A DNA stretch of 64,000 nt from Bacilli bacterium (GCA_017441845.1 JAFRVB010000008.1:46143-110142), one strand, 5' to 3'; counted from the first letter of the stretch, positions 8,771-18,821 are shown. Numbers and translations are program-made. Notes: a model not told the origin generated them from the sequence alone.

Positions 8771-9406
8771 TTATAAAACATCTAGATCATCTTTCTTTTC
8801 TTCTACGACAGGTTTTTCTTCTTTTAATTCTTCAGGTTTAGACTCCTCTTTTTTAGGTGGAGTTTCGCCTCTCCTCTCATAGTTTAAGACTATAACAAAT
8901 TCATAAATTTGATATACAAATACTAATAGAATTGGTAGTAATACGAATAACAAGAATCCTATTCTAGTAACTAAGAATGACATTATTGAACCTAATCCTC
9001 CCATAGCATTAGCATACTTTCCTAGAGTTCTAGTTTGAGCAACATTCAACTTAGTTTTCTTATTTCCACTTACTAAAGTATCTATAGTATATAGTGAATT
9101 ATAATCATCTTTTTGAATATTCTCTACTATACCAGTTCTTATAACATATCTATCATTAACAGTAGCATAATAGTAAATTCTATCTCCTTTAACTATATCA
9201 GTACTACTCTTAACAATTAATAAATCTCCTGATTTAGTATTTTCTACATATTTAGCAGTTGTACCATCTATAGGAGAAATAGTATACTTACCAAATTGAG
9301 TAAAACCAAATTTATTTCTACATAATATACAAGAAGTTAAAAATATAACATAAACTATAATAATTACTTCTATAATATTCCATAATGTTTTTAAAATATT
9401 TTTCAT
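8771..9406 (-). CDS. SipW-like membrane protein lacking the catalytic residues (putative pseudo-peptidase)
   Basis: It aligns by eye with B. subtilis SipW and with the 431-aa neighbour: FGFTQFGKYTISPIDGT vs FGY....SGSMEPT; VKGDRIYYY..YVIRTGI vs KGDVITF..LVTHRII; LGKYANA + TM vs IGKYADI + TM. However SGSM, THR and KGDxN are all absent. The C-terminal tail is charged. Confidence 0.45.
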   Translation of the reverse strand: MKNILKTLWNIIEVIIIVYVIFLTSCILCRNKFGFTQFGKYTISPIDGTTAKYVENTKSGDLLIVKSSTDIVKGDRIYYYATVNDRYVIRTGIVENIQKDDYNSLYTIDTLVSGNKKTKLNVAQTRTLGKYANAMGGLGSIMSFLVTRIGFLLFVLLPILLVFVYQIYEFVIVLNYERRGETPPKKEESKPEELKEEKPVVEEKKDDLDVL

Positions 9407-9450
9407 ATCCTCACCAACTCCATATTATCATATTCATTATTCTTTTTCAA

Positions 9451-12400
9451 TTAACTACCACTCACTAGTTTTTTCTTTACAATTATCATTTCATAATCAC
9501 TATCTATTAAAGTATCACTGTCATATAACTTAAATGTTAATTTATAAGATCCAGATGTTAAACTACTTTGGAAATCCCAATCTATACTTATAGGTGAACT
9601 ACTTAAAGTAATCTGTTTTTCATATAAACTCTGTGGATGATTAGGACTACTTAGATTAACATCAAATAACGATGTTATATCAACTTCATTATATGTAGTA
9701 TCCTCACTATCATTAGTAGTTCTCTTATATAGAGATACTCTAATATTAGGATTATTTAATGTAGATGTATATTTAACAGTATAAGCATTATGATTATTAC
9801 CTAATTCATTTAAGGCTAATGCTCCATCTACAACTTTATTCTCATCGACACCATTAACAACAATTGAACTTGTCGTCGCGACTACAGTAACATTCTTATC
9901 TGTTACTACTGGATTAGCAGGTGCGTGCATACCATCAGATGAAGAGAATAAACTAAATCTAAATGTATAGTTTCCAGCTGGCAATAATTTATCTGTTTTA
10001 AAGACCATATTATTAGTCAAGTTAGAAACTTTACCCGCGAGTTTAATTCTAAAGATACCATCCGCATCTGCGAAGTAATCTTGATTACCTAAATGAATCG
10101 ACGTACCAGTAAGTAATGATGAACTTACTGTGTTACCACTATGATCGATTATTTCAAGGTTAATACCCATCGCATTACTTTCATAGTTAGTATCGATAAT
10201 AGATTCTCTACCATCAGTAACATTATATGTAACAGCTGTAGTTAAAGTTACATTATTATCAATATCTTGATATACAAATGAACCCATATTAACAGTTTCA
10301 GTTAATGTAGAGTTTGCTGAATCATATGTAGAATAAACCATATGTTCTTGACGAGGTGCTAATACATAATACATTGTTCTATCTTCGTTATTTCTTAGCT
10401 CAAATAAGAATGTATTACCTTTATTTTCACCTGTATTAGTACAATTCTTCAAATCTACTATGAACATAAATTCTTCTACTACTAAGTTATATGTAGAATT
10501 ATAGTAAATTTGATTCATAGTTTCATCATCATATGTATTTGTAGTTGTTGTTGAGTCCATTGCGATGAAGTCTGACAACAAGTACGTGACTTCATGATCA
10601 GTCTGTAATTGTTGAGTCTTCTGAGCGTAATTCGTCGCATCGACGGTGTAATAATACTCTTTCGGCTCACCATCGACCGAGGTATCAATCATCGTAATTT
10701 CAGCACCTACAGGTAATGCATAATCGCTTACAATCGCATGATAGTTATCTCCATCATCACCATAGAATTTCTTAAAACTTTCAGGTGAAGCAACCATTGA
10801 GAAATATGCACTAAATTGACTTCGATTAGTGATATTTACAGCAGTTGCTGAAGGCATATCATACTTCTTACCATAAGTAATTGAAGCATCGTAGGCATCA
10901 TCCATATCGAACTCTATCGCATCTAAATTGATTGTTATTGTAACTAATTGTTCATTAAATTCTATTGCATTTCTAGGAGTTAAGGCTTGTAGTGTTAAAA
11001 CTACTGTTCCTAAATCTCCTGTATATGTAATGTTTTTAGCATGGTAGAAATAGAACATCAATGAAGGTGCAATAGATTGAGTATCTGTTTTATACGTTTC
11101 TGTTCCCGTATAATCACCATTATTAACACTCAGCAACTTCGTCGTTCCATAACTTGTCCACTCTCTTGTCTCAGCTTTCATCGAAATACCGAAAGTTGAA
11201 TTAGCAGTTGTTGCATCATAAGCAACTTTAGGCACGTTATTTGAATCTACTAAACTGATTCCATCTTCTAAATCAGCAGCATCAAAGTCTAATACGTTGA
11301 ATGTTGTTGAACCTGTACCAAAGTCATCCATAACTAGGTTATATGTACCTAATGATGAATATTTAGAAGCAGAAAGATTAAATTCATAATTAATTGTATT
11401 AACACCTATTGACCAAATATAGTAATCTGCGCTATTTGGATGTGGTGTAATATACTGAGTCTTCAATTCAGTATAAGTATCATTAGCATTGACATTAGTA
11501 TAGAATCCATCTACTTCAATATCATGATCAGTAACATGAGCACCTTTTACGTAACTACCTGCGAAGATATAATTAGTTGATTCAGTAGTATCACCATAAT
11601 TATAACTATCTTCATAAACACCAAAGTTAGGGTTATGTCCAGTACCAGTATACATTCCGAAGAATGTCATACCCCAAACTTCACCAGGTACTGTAGCATC
11701 CTGTGAAGTAGCAACATTCAATGCTTTATTAGCTAACATGTATAGCCTATTATCAACAGTTCTAGTTACTGTTTTACTCTCATCATCAATATCAACGTCT
11801 GCTTTTACTTCTTGCCCATCTTCACCAACCATTGATTTAAATGTTTCCAAAAGGTTAGCATTCTCTCTAAGTAGTAACATAGTACCATTCTTAATAGTAA
11901 AGTCAGGTACCCTACTTATAGAATATTTATAAGTCTGATATTCATTAGTAGAATCGATAGCACCTGATAATTCTAAACAACTATTATCAATTACTACTTT
12001 ATTAGCTCTTTGAATAGAAACTGATTCATTGATATGATCTCTAGTTCCTAGATTTCTAATATAAATTGTACTTGTTGCAGTATCAGCAATAACTGAGTTG
12101 TTACCTGAACCAAAGAATGATCCATTTACAATAAAGTCATGACTATGTGTACCATAATCTTTACCATCTATAATAATTTGCGCATCATCTGTAACAGATA
12201 CAAATGAGAAGTCGTAAATATCACTACCAGAAGCGTTTGCTTCACCTCCGGCAAAGACTGTTCCGTAAATATGAAGATCAGCTTCAGTTAAAGTTACTCC
12301 ACTTGGCATAGCTTCAGTTCCTAGATATACATTAGTATTACCATAAACTACTGAGGTATTAGCTCCACCATAGACATTACCATAGATTGTTCCACCAGTA

Positions 12401-15400
12401 ATGTAGACGTTAGCTTTACTTGTAGCAGGACTAACTTCTCCAGTAGCAGCGGCATTTCCTGAACCAAAGACACTACCTGTTGCTGGTTTTCCAATCTCTT
12501 GGTCAGTACCAATTACTGAATCACCATCAATGTAAATTGATGAATTTCCTTTAACAACGGCAGTAGAACCATTACCTCCGGCATAAGCAGAACCATTAAT
12601 TTCCCCATTAGTTATACGAAGTACAGTATTACCAGTAACAACTCCTTGGTTACCTCCACCATAGACATTTCCAGTAATAGTTGAATCATCAATGTCTACT
12701 GAGGTATTACCATTAACTTGAGCTTGGTTACCTCCACCATAAAGTACTCCAATTTCAGATCCATGTTTAACTATAACAGTTGTTGTACCAGTATTGGCTT
12801 GATTACCTCCACCATATACAGCATTAACTGTAGCTTTATCTATAGTAACTTTAGGATTTGATGTAATTCCACCTTCGTTATTACCTCCATATACGCTACC
12901 AACATTAACAGTATTACTATTATTTCCAACTTGAACATCAGAATTAGTAACATTTCCTTGTTCGTTAGCACCACCATATACATCAGTAATATTTCCACCT
13001 AGTATCTTAACATTAGTATTAGTAACTCCTATTTTGTTACCTCCACCAAAGACACTACCAACATCTCCGGCATAAGTGAAGACATAAGAATCACCAACTG
13101 AACCATCTACATTATTACCACCATATACTTCATTGATATTAATATTTCCATTAGTACCAGTATTAACACCAATTACTACTCTGGTTTGATTAACTGTACC
13201 ATTACTATTTGATCCACCAAATACTTGGTCAGCAGTACCAGATAATACAGTAACATTAGTCCCAGAAGTAACACCAGCAGCGTATCCACCACCATAGACA
13301 TCATTTACTGTACCACTAGTGATTGTTACATTTGTAGTTGTACAACTAGCTTGGTTTCCTCCACCATAGATATCACCAGAAATAGTTGCACCATTGAAAT
13401 CAACATTAGTTGTTGTTACTGTACCTCCCAAGTTGTTTCCTCCATAGATGTTCGCAACAGAACCAGAAGTTGCAGTAACATGTGTAGTTGTAACATTACC
13501 ACTATTATTAGATCCTCCATATATGTTAGATGTTACAGTAGAACCTTGTAAATAAACATTAGTTGTAGTTTGACCAGTGTTATTTCCTCCACCATAAACA
13601 TTTCCAATAGTTCCACCTTTTAAGTAAACAACATCACCCTTAGCAGGAGAACCCATTTGATCATTTCCACCATATACAGCAGTAATATTACCACCATTTA
13701 TATTGACTGTAACATCACCCCAAACATTAGGAGTAAATGTTCTATTATTGTAAGTACCACCCTTAGCGCCTCCAAAGACACTTCCAGTTACAGTACCTTT
13801 ATTAACATTAACTGTCGTTGTGTAATTTGATGTTGAATTAGAATTATAGTTTCCATTTACAGTTCCAAATGCAGATCCACCATAAACATTCTCTCCAATT
13901 TTTAAACTAGTTGCGCTTGTAGTATTAGTAGCATCTCCGACATTTACTGTAACATTTCTAGTAACCGCTGTACCATTAGTTCGTCCAGTACCACTAGTTA
14001 CTCTACCTCCTTCACCACCACCATATACACTCTTAGTGACAGTTCCATTAACTAAATTGATATTAACATTTCCATAAATTGTACCTTTGGCATTACTACC
14101 ACCATAGATAGAATCAGAAACAGTACAATCACCATCCATAGTGATATTAATATTAGAAACTACTGAGGAATCACCAGCACCATTGTTATTACCTCCACCA
14201 TAGACACTACCTTTAACATCACCAGATTTTAAAATTATTTTGGTATTAGTAGTACCACTAGCATTTAATCCAACAGCTCCAAAGTTACCTCCACCATAGA
14301 CATCACCATTGATAGTACCACCATCAATGAGTACTGTAGAGTTTAAAGCTGTACCAATGTCATCTCTTGAATTGTTACCATTACCAATACCAAAGACATT
14401 ACCAATTCCTTGACCAAATGCAGTCGAAGTTCCAGTAACACCAACAGTCGCTGTACCACCAACATAGACAAATGTTGAACCATTCAAGATACCTGTTTCA
14501 GAACTATAGCCACTAATCGCGTATCCATTTGATCCTCCAAAGACACTTGATCTTACTGTCGAACCAGTTAGGTTAATAATACGATTACCATAAGTCTCGG
14601 CAGAACCAGCTCCACCAAAGACAACATCAATAATTCCACCTTTTAAGTTCATAAAAGTATCATTTTGGTTAGTTCTTGTACTACTAGTACCAAGCCCTCC
14701 AACCAAAACGTAGATATCTCCACCTTCAACTACAATTGTACGAGTAGCATATACAGTACCACCACGTCCACCAACATAGATTCCAGTGAATGGGTCGTAT
14801 TTACTGGTACCAAATTTACCACTCTTAACATAAATCGTATAAAGGTTTCCTTGCTCACTAGAAGAACGTAAAGTACCTCCAGCAGCACCTTGTACAGAAT
14901 AATAAACATCTAAGTTTGTATTATTAGCATTTGTAATTCTATCATAATCACAACCTAAAATTAGTTGCCCATCTAAGTATAAATTACCAGAATATTGTTT
15001 AGTTTCAGTACCATAGATATTACTATATCTACCACTCTCAACAATAGTTGTATATCTTTCTGGAGCTGATGATGAACCAACAGTTGTTGTAATACCTCCA
15101 GCACTTCCTCCAAAGACAGAAGTTGCTGCTACATAACGTGCATCAGTAATACCTCTACCTATTTTTAAGTTATGATAATTTGCAATAATTGCTACAGTAT
15201 TATTAGAAAGACCAGAGTTAGTCAACTGAGTAGACCTAGCTGTTCTATTGTAAAAATACATATACTCAATTCTAGCATCTTCATTTAACATCAAATAGTT
15301 ATTAGAGTTTGTAATTCTACGATTACTATAAAGTGTACCATTATCCATACCAGTAACAGTACATGGCTTAGATATAGTAAACGCTGTAGTATCAGAAGTA

Positions 15401-17499
15401 ATAAGCATGATATTAGTATCTCTAGTAACTAAGTAATAATATTGTTCATCTCCAGAAGCTAAAGTAGTATTAAGATCTTGTACTAAATCATAAACTTCAC
15501 AAGTACCAGAACATGTTCCAGATAATTGAGATCCAATACTATTGTAATAACCAACTTGAGATTGTCCATTACTTAAACTTTTCTTTTCAAAGTATCCCGC
15601 AACACTATCTCCAATATTAATTAAGTATGAATAGTTATAACTTACAGGTTGAGGAAGAGTACCATTATATACTTGTGGATTACCATTATTACGTAACGTA
15701 TAAACAGTTTCAGTAGTATATTCATATACTCTCAAATAATATGTACAATCTTGAGCAACCCATCCTTGACGTCTATCCCAATAAGGTGTACATGAACTAT
15801 TCTCTAAACTTTGTCTATTTTGGTTAACTGCTCCAGCAGGATAAGGAACACCACTTTGATTAGTAGTAGAATTTATAGTTCTTCTAACATAAACTTCTGG
15901 GAAAGTAATTCCAGGAGCATAAACTGGTGTTTTATTAGTAATAGGAACCATACCTCTACTCTTTAAACTACTTTGATTATTACCAGTTACTTTAGTAGCT
16001 TCAGTCCATGAAGCTTGAACATTAATATTTACTACATCTCCATCATAATTACTAGCAATAGGTACTTTCAAATATCTAACATAAACATCAGTATCTAGTG
16101 TAATTGTCGCATTAGGATAATTAGTAACCCATCCATTAAATGCTTTATCATTAGGTCTATCTGCATAAGGACTATCAATTAATGGAATCTCAATATATTT
16201 ATTACTTCCACTACCTTGAATAGGATAATATTTATAATAAATAAACTTAGATACTTGTTCATCTAAAGATACATATCCTACAGCACTACTATCATTAATA
16301 TCTTCTCCATCATAAGAAATATAAACTTTAGCTAAATTAGTATTAGTATAAAGATTCAAATTAGTACCATCAGGTATAACTCCATCAGTTTTACCTGTAT
16401 AATTACGACCCATAAAGTCATTATAGTCACTTTCTAAATCATTAACATATAAAGTATCTCCTGATCTACCACTATCATGTAGTGTAATAGTTCTAGGATT
16501 AAATCCAAAAGATGTAGGTTTATTAACAGGTTTCTTGTCTTCTACTCCAACATAGAATAAATTCTCACTATCATATTTCCATACTAAGTCTTTTAAATCT
16601 CTATTAAATAAATCTAAAGCAGTAGTTACACTATACTCTTCATCTTCATATACTAGTTTGTTTTCTCCACTCATTTTAATTACATATTCACTAGTAATAC
16701 CTTCTTCAATATAATTGAATTCTTCTAACTCTAAACTAGTATCAACTCTATAAACAACATTAGTAATATTAGTAATAAGATTACTACTTACTATAGCAAC
16801 ATTAGTATTATATTTAGAACTAATCTTACCATCTACAAAGATATTTTTAATACTTTTAATCTCATCAATACTACCAGTTAATAAACCTATACCACTACCA
16901 GCAATACTCTTAGTATTAGCAAGATTAATAGTAACTCTAGATACACTAACGTTATAAATATCACTATCTCCAGTAATAAATCCTGCTAGTCCACCTACAA
17001 ATAACATCTTACTATTTTGAACAGGTTCTATGTTAAAGTTACTAATATTTAAATTCTTAATTGAAGCATCTTCTAAATTAGAAAATAATCCATAGCATTC
17101 AGAATTATCAATATCATAACTACTAGTCATATTGATATTAGAAATGAAATTTCCATTACCATCTAAATGTCCTTTAAAAGTGGCAAAAGGAGTAATATAG
17201 TGATTATCCAAGTCTATATTAGCTCCTAATTTATAGTATTTATCTACATATTCTTCATCTTGTTCTTCCAAGACTTTCTTAAAGTACATCAACTGATTTC
17301 CATCATTGATGACATACGGATTAGCCTCAGTACCATTACCCGAAGCAAAATCTGTACCAACGGTAATACCATCCCATTTTGTATAAGTAATCTCTGCTAA
17401 AGAACCATTAGAAAAAAAAGAAACAATACTAAAAGAAAAAACTAATAGTACAAACATAGCAAAAGTAATATACATTAATTTATTCTTTGTATTGTTCAT
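9451..17499 (-). CDS. Giant (2682 aa) secreted adhesin-like protein: GLUG-type N-terminal region, ~1000-aa Gly-rich beta-helix repeat core, Ig-like C-terminal region
   Basis: Single uninterrupted 8-kb ORF. Leader ...FFSNGSLA|EITY. The N-terminus reads GTEANPYVI..FKGHLDGNGNFISNINM..YGLFSNL..FVGGLAGFI (GLUG-like). The core repeats [VI][YF]GG[GSN]N..G.V..T.V every ~25 aa. No LPxTG or other recognisable wall anchor. Confidence 0.8.
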   Translation of the reverse strand: MNNTKNKLMYITFAMFVLLVFSFSIVSFFSNGSLAEITYTKWDGITVGTDFASGNGTEANPYVINDGNQLMYFKKVLEEQDEEYVDKYYKLGANIDLDNHYITPFATFKGHLDGNGNFISNINMTSSYDIDNSECYGLFSNLEDASIKNLNISNFNIEPVQNSKMLFVGGLAGFITGDSDIYNVSVSRVTINLANTKSIAGSGIGLLTGSIDEIKSIKNIFVDGKISSKYNTNVAIVSSNLITNITNVVYRVDTSLELEEFNYIEEGITSEYVIKMSGENKLVYEDEEYSVTTALDLFNRDLKDLVWKYDSENLFYVGVEDKKPVNKPTSFGFNPRTITLHDSGRSGDTLYVNDLESDYNDFMGRNYTGKTDGVIPDGTNLNLYTNTNLAKVYISYDGEDINDSSAVGYVSLDEQVSKFIYYKYYPIQGSGSNKYIEIPLIDSPYADRPNDKAFNGWVTNYPNATITLDTDVYVRYLKVPIASNYDGDVVNINVQASWTEATKVTGNNQSSLKSRGMVPITNKTPVYAPGITFPEVYVRRTINSTTNQSGVPYPAGAVNQNRQSLENSSCTPYWDRRQGWVAQDCTYYLRVYEYTTETVYTLRNNGNPQVYNGTLPQPVSYNYSYLINIGDSVAGYFEKKSLSNGQSQVGYYNSIGSQLSGTCSGTCEVYDLVQDLNTTLASGDEQYYYLVTRDTNIMLITSDTTAFTISKPCTVTGMDNGTLYSNRRITNSNNYLMLNEDARIEYMYFYNRTARSTQLTNSGLSNNTVAIIANYHNLKIGRGITDARYVAATSVFGGSAGGITTTVGSSSAPERYTTIVESGRYSNIYGTETKQYSGNLYLDGQLILGCDYDRITNANNTNLDVYYSVQGAAGGTLRSSSEQGNLYTIYVKSGKFGTSKYDPFTGIYVGGRGGTVYATRTIVVEGGDIYVLVGGLGTSSTRTNQNDTFMNLKGGIIDVVFGGAGSAETYGNRIINLTGSTVRSSVFGGSNGYAISGYSSETGILNGSTFVYVGGTATVGVTGTSTAFGQGIGNVFGIGNGNNSRDDIGTALNSTVLIDGGTINGDVYGGGNFGAVGLNASGTTNTKIILKSGDVKGSVYGGGNNNGAGDSSVVSNINITMDGDCTVSDSIYGGSNAKGTIYGNVNINLVNGTVTKSVYGGGEGGRVTSGTGRTNGTAVTRNVTVNVGDATNTTSATSLKIGENVYGGSAFGTVNGNYNSNSTSNYTTTVNVNKGTVTGSVFGGAKGGTYNNRTFTPNVWGDVTVNINGGNITAVYGGNDQMGSPAKGDVVYLKGGTIGNVYGGGNNTGQTTTNVYLQGSTVTSNIYGGSNNSGNVTTTHVTATSGSVANIYGGNNLGGTVTTTNVDFNGATISGDIYGGGNQASCTTTNVTITSGTVNDVYGGGYAAGVTSGTNVTVLSGTADQVFGGSNSNGTVNQTRVVIGVNTGTNGNININEVYGGNNVDGSVGDSYVFTYAGDVGSVFGGGNKIGVTNTNVKILGGNITDVYGGANEQGNVTNSDVQVGNNSNTVNVGSVYGGNNEGGITSNPKVTIDKATVNAVYGGGNQANTGTTTVIVKHGSEIGVLYGGGNQAQVNGNTSVDIDDSTITGNVYGGGNQGVVTGNTVLRITNGEINGSAYAGGNGSTAVVKGNSSIYIDGDSVIGTDQEIGKPATGSVFGSGNAAATGEVSPATSKANVYITGGTIYGNVYGGANTSVVYGNTNVYLGTEAMPSGVTLTEADLHIYGTVFAGGEANASGSDIYDFSFVSVTDDAQIIIDGKDYGTHSHDFIVNGSFFGSGNNSVIADTATSTIYIRNLGTRDHINESVSIQRANKVVIDNSCLELSGAIDSTNEYQTYKYSISRVPDFTIKNGTMLLLRENANLLETFKSMVGEDGQEVKADVDIDDESKTVTRTVDNRLYMLANKALNVATSQDATVPGEVWGMTFFGMYTGTGHNPNFGVYEDSYNYGDTTESTNYIFAGSYVKGAHVTDHDIEVDGFYTNVNANDTYTELKTQYITPHPNSADYYIWSIGVNTINYEFNLSASKYSSLGTYNLVMDDFGTGSTTFNVLDFDAADLEDGISLVDSNNVPKVAYDATTANSTFGISMKAETREWTSYGTTKLLSVNNGDYTGTETYKTDTQSIAPSLMFYFYHAKNITYTGDLGTVVLTLQALTPRNAIEFNEQLVTITINLDAIEFDMDDAYDASITYGKKYDMPSATAVNITNRSQFSAYFSMVASPESFKKFYGDDGDNYHAIVSDYALPVGAEITMIDTSVDGEPKEYYYTVDATNYAQKTQQLQTDHEVTYLLSDFIAMDSTTTTNTYDDETMNQIYYNSTYNLVVEEFMFIVDLKNCTNTGENKGNTFLFELRNNEDRTMYYVLAPRQEHMVYSTYDSANSTLTETVNMGSFVYQDIDNNVTLTTAVTYNVTDGRESIIDTNYESNAMGINLEIIDHSGNTVSSSLLTGTSIHLGNQDYFADADGIFRIKLAGKVSNLTNNMVFKTDKLLPAGNYTFRFSLFSSSDGMHAPANPVVTDKNVTVVATTSSIVVNGVDENKVVDGALALNELGNNHNAYTVKYTSTLNNPNIRVSLYKRTTNDSEDTTYNEVDITSLFDVNLSSPNHPQSLYEKQITLSSSPISIDWDFQSSLTSGSYKLTFKLYDSDTLIDSDYEMIIVKKKLVSGS
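12060..15130 (-). repeat. In-frame degenerate ~75-nt (about 25-aa) beta-helix repeat array inside the giant gene
   Basis: Runs such as VYGGGNNTGQTTTNVYLQGSTVTSN / IYGGSNNSGNVTTTHVTATSGSVAN / IYGGNNLGGTVTTTNVDFNGATISGD / IYGGGNQASCTTTNVTITSGTVND. Boundaries are read from GITDARYVAATSVFGGSAGG (~15120) to FFGSGNNSVIAD (~12100). Confidence 0.7.
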
Positions 17500-17525
17500 A
17501 AGTCCTCCCCAAAAATTATGTTAGA

Positions 17526-18821
17526 TTATTCATTTACATAATTTTTAATTTTAGCTAGTCTTTCAATCTTATCTAATTCAAATATGTCATTATTATCATA
17601 TTTCTTAGATATCTTCTTCATAAAGCTCATAATATTTTTAATCTGTTTCTTAGAGTAACCATCACCCTTTTTAATAACTCTGAAATGATCTTCTTTATCA
17701 ATCATGATCTTATATTTCATAATTTTAAATATTCCATCAAAGAATGCTTCATCATTGTAGATGATTGCTAAGACTAAGATTCTTAAGAATACATATATCG
17801 GCATCTCATATATTTTATTTCTAAGATTTTCATATAAACCTATCTTTTCTAAATCATAATCATAAATCTCTTTAAATGATGGATGTTCTACATTTTCAAA
17901 TAAACTCTTAGTATCTCCAAGATAAATAATATTAGCTAACTTATAGATGTATTGATATTTAGTTAACCATTTCTTATTGATTCTAGAAGTATCTATAGAA
18001 TTATTTTTAACTCTCAATAGATTATTAATCTGTTCAATAAGTTCTATTTCTTTATCTCTTTGACTATTCGTAATAGTAACAATGTTATTAGATTCAATAT
18101 CAAGAACCTCTTCTTCTTGAAGTACTTCTATACCATCGTTATCTAAAACTTCTACTTCTTGTATTTTCTTTATATCTTCTATTTCCTTCAAAGGAATAGT
18201 TATTGTTAAACCACTATGTTCATAATTCTTTCTATCTTTAGGTGAACTAAATACATCTTGTGGTAATACTTCTTTATCAAAATCATGAACTACTTTCTCT
18301 TCTCCCTCTTTGACAATATATTTCTTAAAAATTTTATCGAAGTTAAGAAGAGCAACACCAATTACGATGATCAACAGTACAGCGATAAACTCAAGTATCG
18401 TCTTTGGCGAGATGATTCCAACTACTTTACCAATAACACTGTTTCTAGTAATCGCATCATCTTGAGTATTATTCGCATCTCCCTTAGTAATTATTCTGTT
18501 TCCACTAGTTTGAATAATTCTGTGAGTGATAATATCTCCGTTTTTATTTTTATATGAAATAATGTCATTGTTTTTAACATTATCTGTTAAACGTACAAAA
18601 ATTATGTCATTCACTTCAATAGTTCCACTCATTGATCCAGTCGCAACTACGAAGTAAGAATAACCAAAAATATTAACATAATCTTTCTTCATAATATCTG
18701 TTACTACAAAGGTATAAACAGACAACATAATTAGCAACACTAAAAAGCCATAAGCAACATACTTAATATTCGCTTTAATGATGCCTAAAATTTCCATAAT
18801 TTTATCTCTCACACTATTCAT
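17526..18821 (-). CDS. sipW: SipW-type (archaeal/ER-type, S26B) signal peptidase I with a ~270-aa C-terminal extension
   Basis: FGYSYFVVATGSMSGTI..NDIISYKNKNGDIITHRII..ITKGDANNTQDD..VIGKV, followed by a TM segment, tracks B. subtilis SipW motif for motif (SGSMEPT, THRI, TKGDNN). About 270 further residues follow the second TM segment. Confidence 0.85.
   Translation of the reverse strand: MNSVRDKIMEILGIIKANIKYVAYGFLVLLIMLSVYTFVVTDIMKKDYVNIFGYSYFVVATGSMSGTIEVNDIIFVRLTDNVKNNDIISYKNKNGDIITHRIIQTSGNRIITKGDANNTQDDAITRNSVIGKVVGIISPKTILEFIAVLLIIVIGVALLNFDKIFKKYIVKEGEEKVVHDFDKEVLPQDVFSSPKDRKNYEHSGLTITIPLKEIEDIKKIQEVEVLDNDGIEVLQEEEVLDIESNNIVTITNSQRDKEIELIEQINNLLRVKNNSIDTSRINKKWLTKYQYIYKLANIIYLGDTKSLFENVEHPSFKEIYDYDLEKIGLYENLRNKIYEMPIYVFLRILVLAIIYNDEAFFDGIFKIMKYKIMIDKEDHFRVIKKGDGYSKKQIKNIMSFMKKISKKYDNNDIFELDKIERLAKIKNYVNE

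Noticed and set aside
11738-14871. Plus-strand ORFs 11738-11932, 13351-13551 and 14665-14871 inside the giant gene
   Set aside because: These are antisense shadows of a repeat-rich 8-kb ORF. They have low-complexity S/T/C-rich translations and no RBS.
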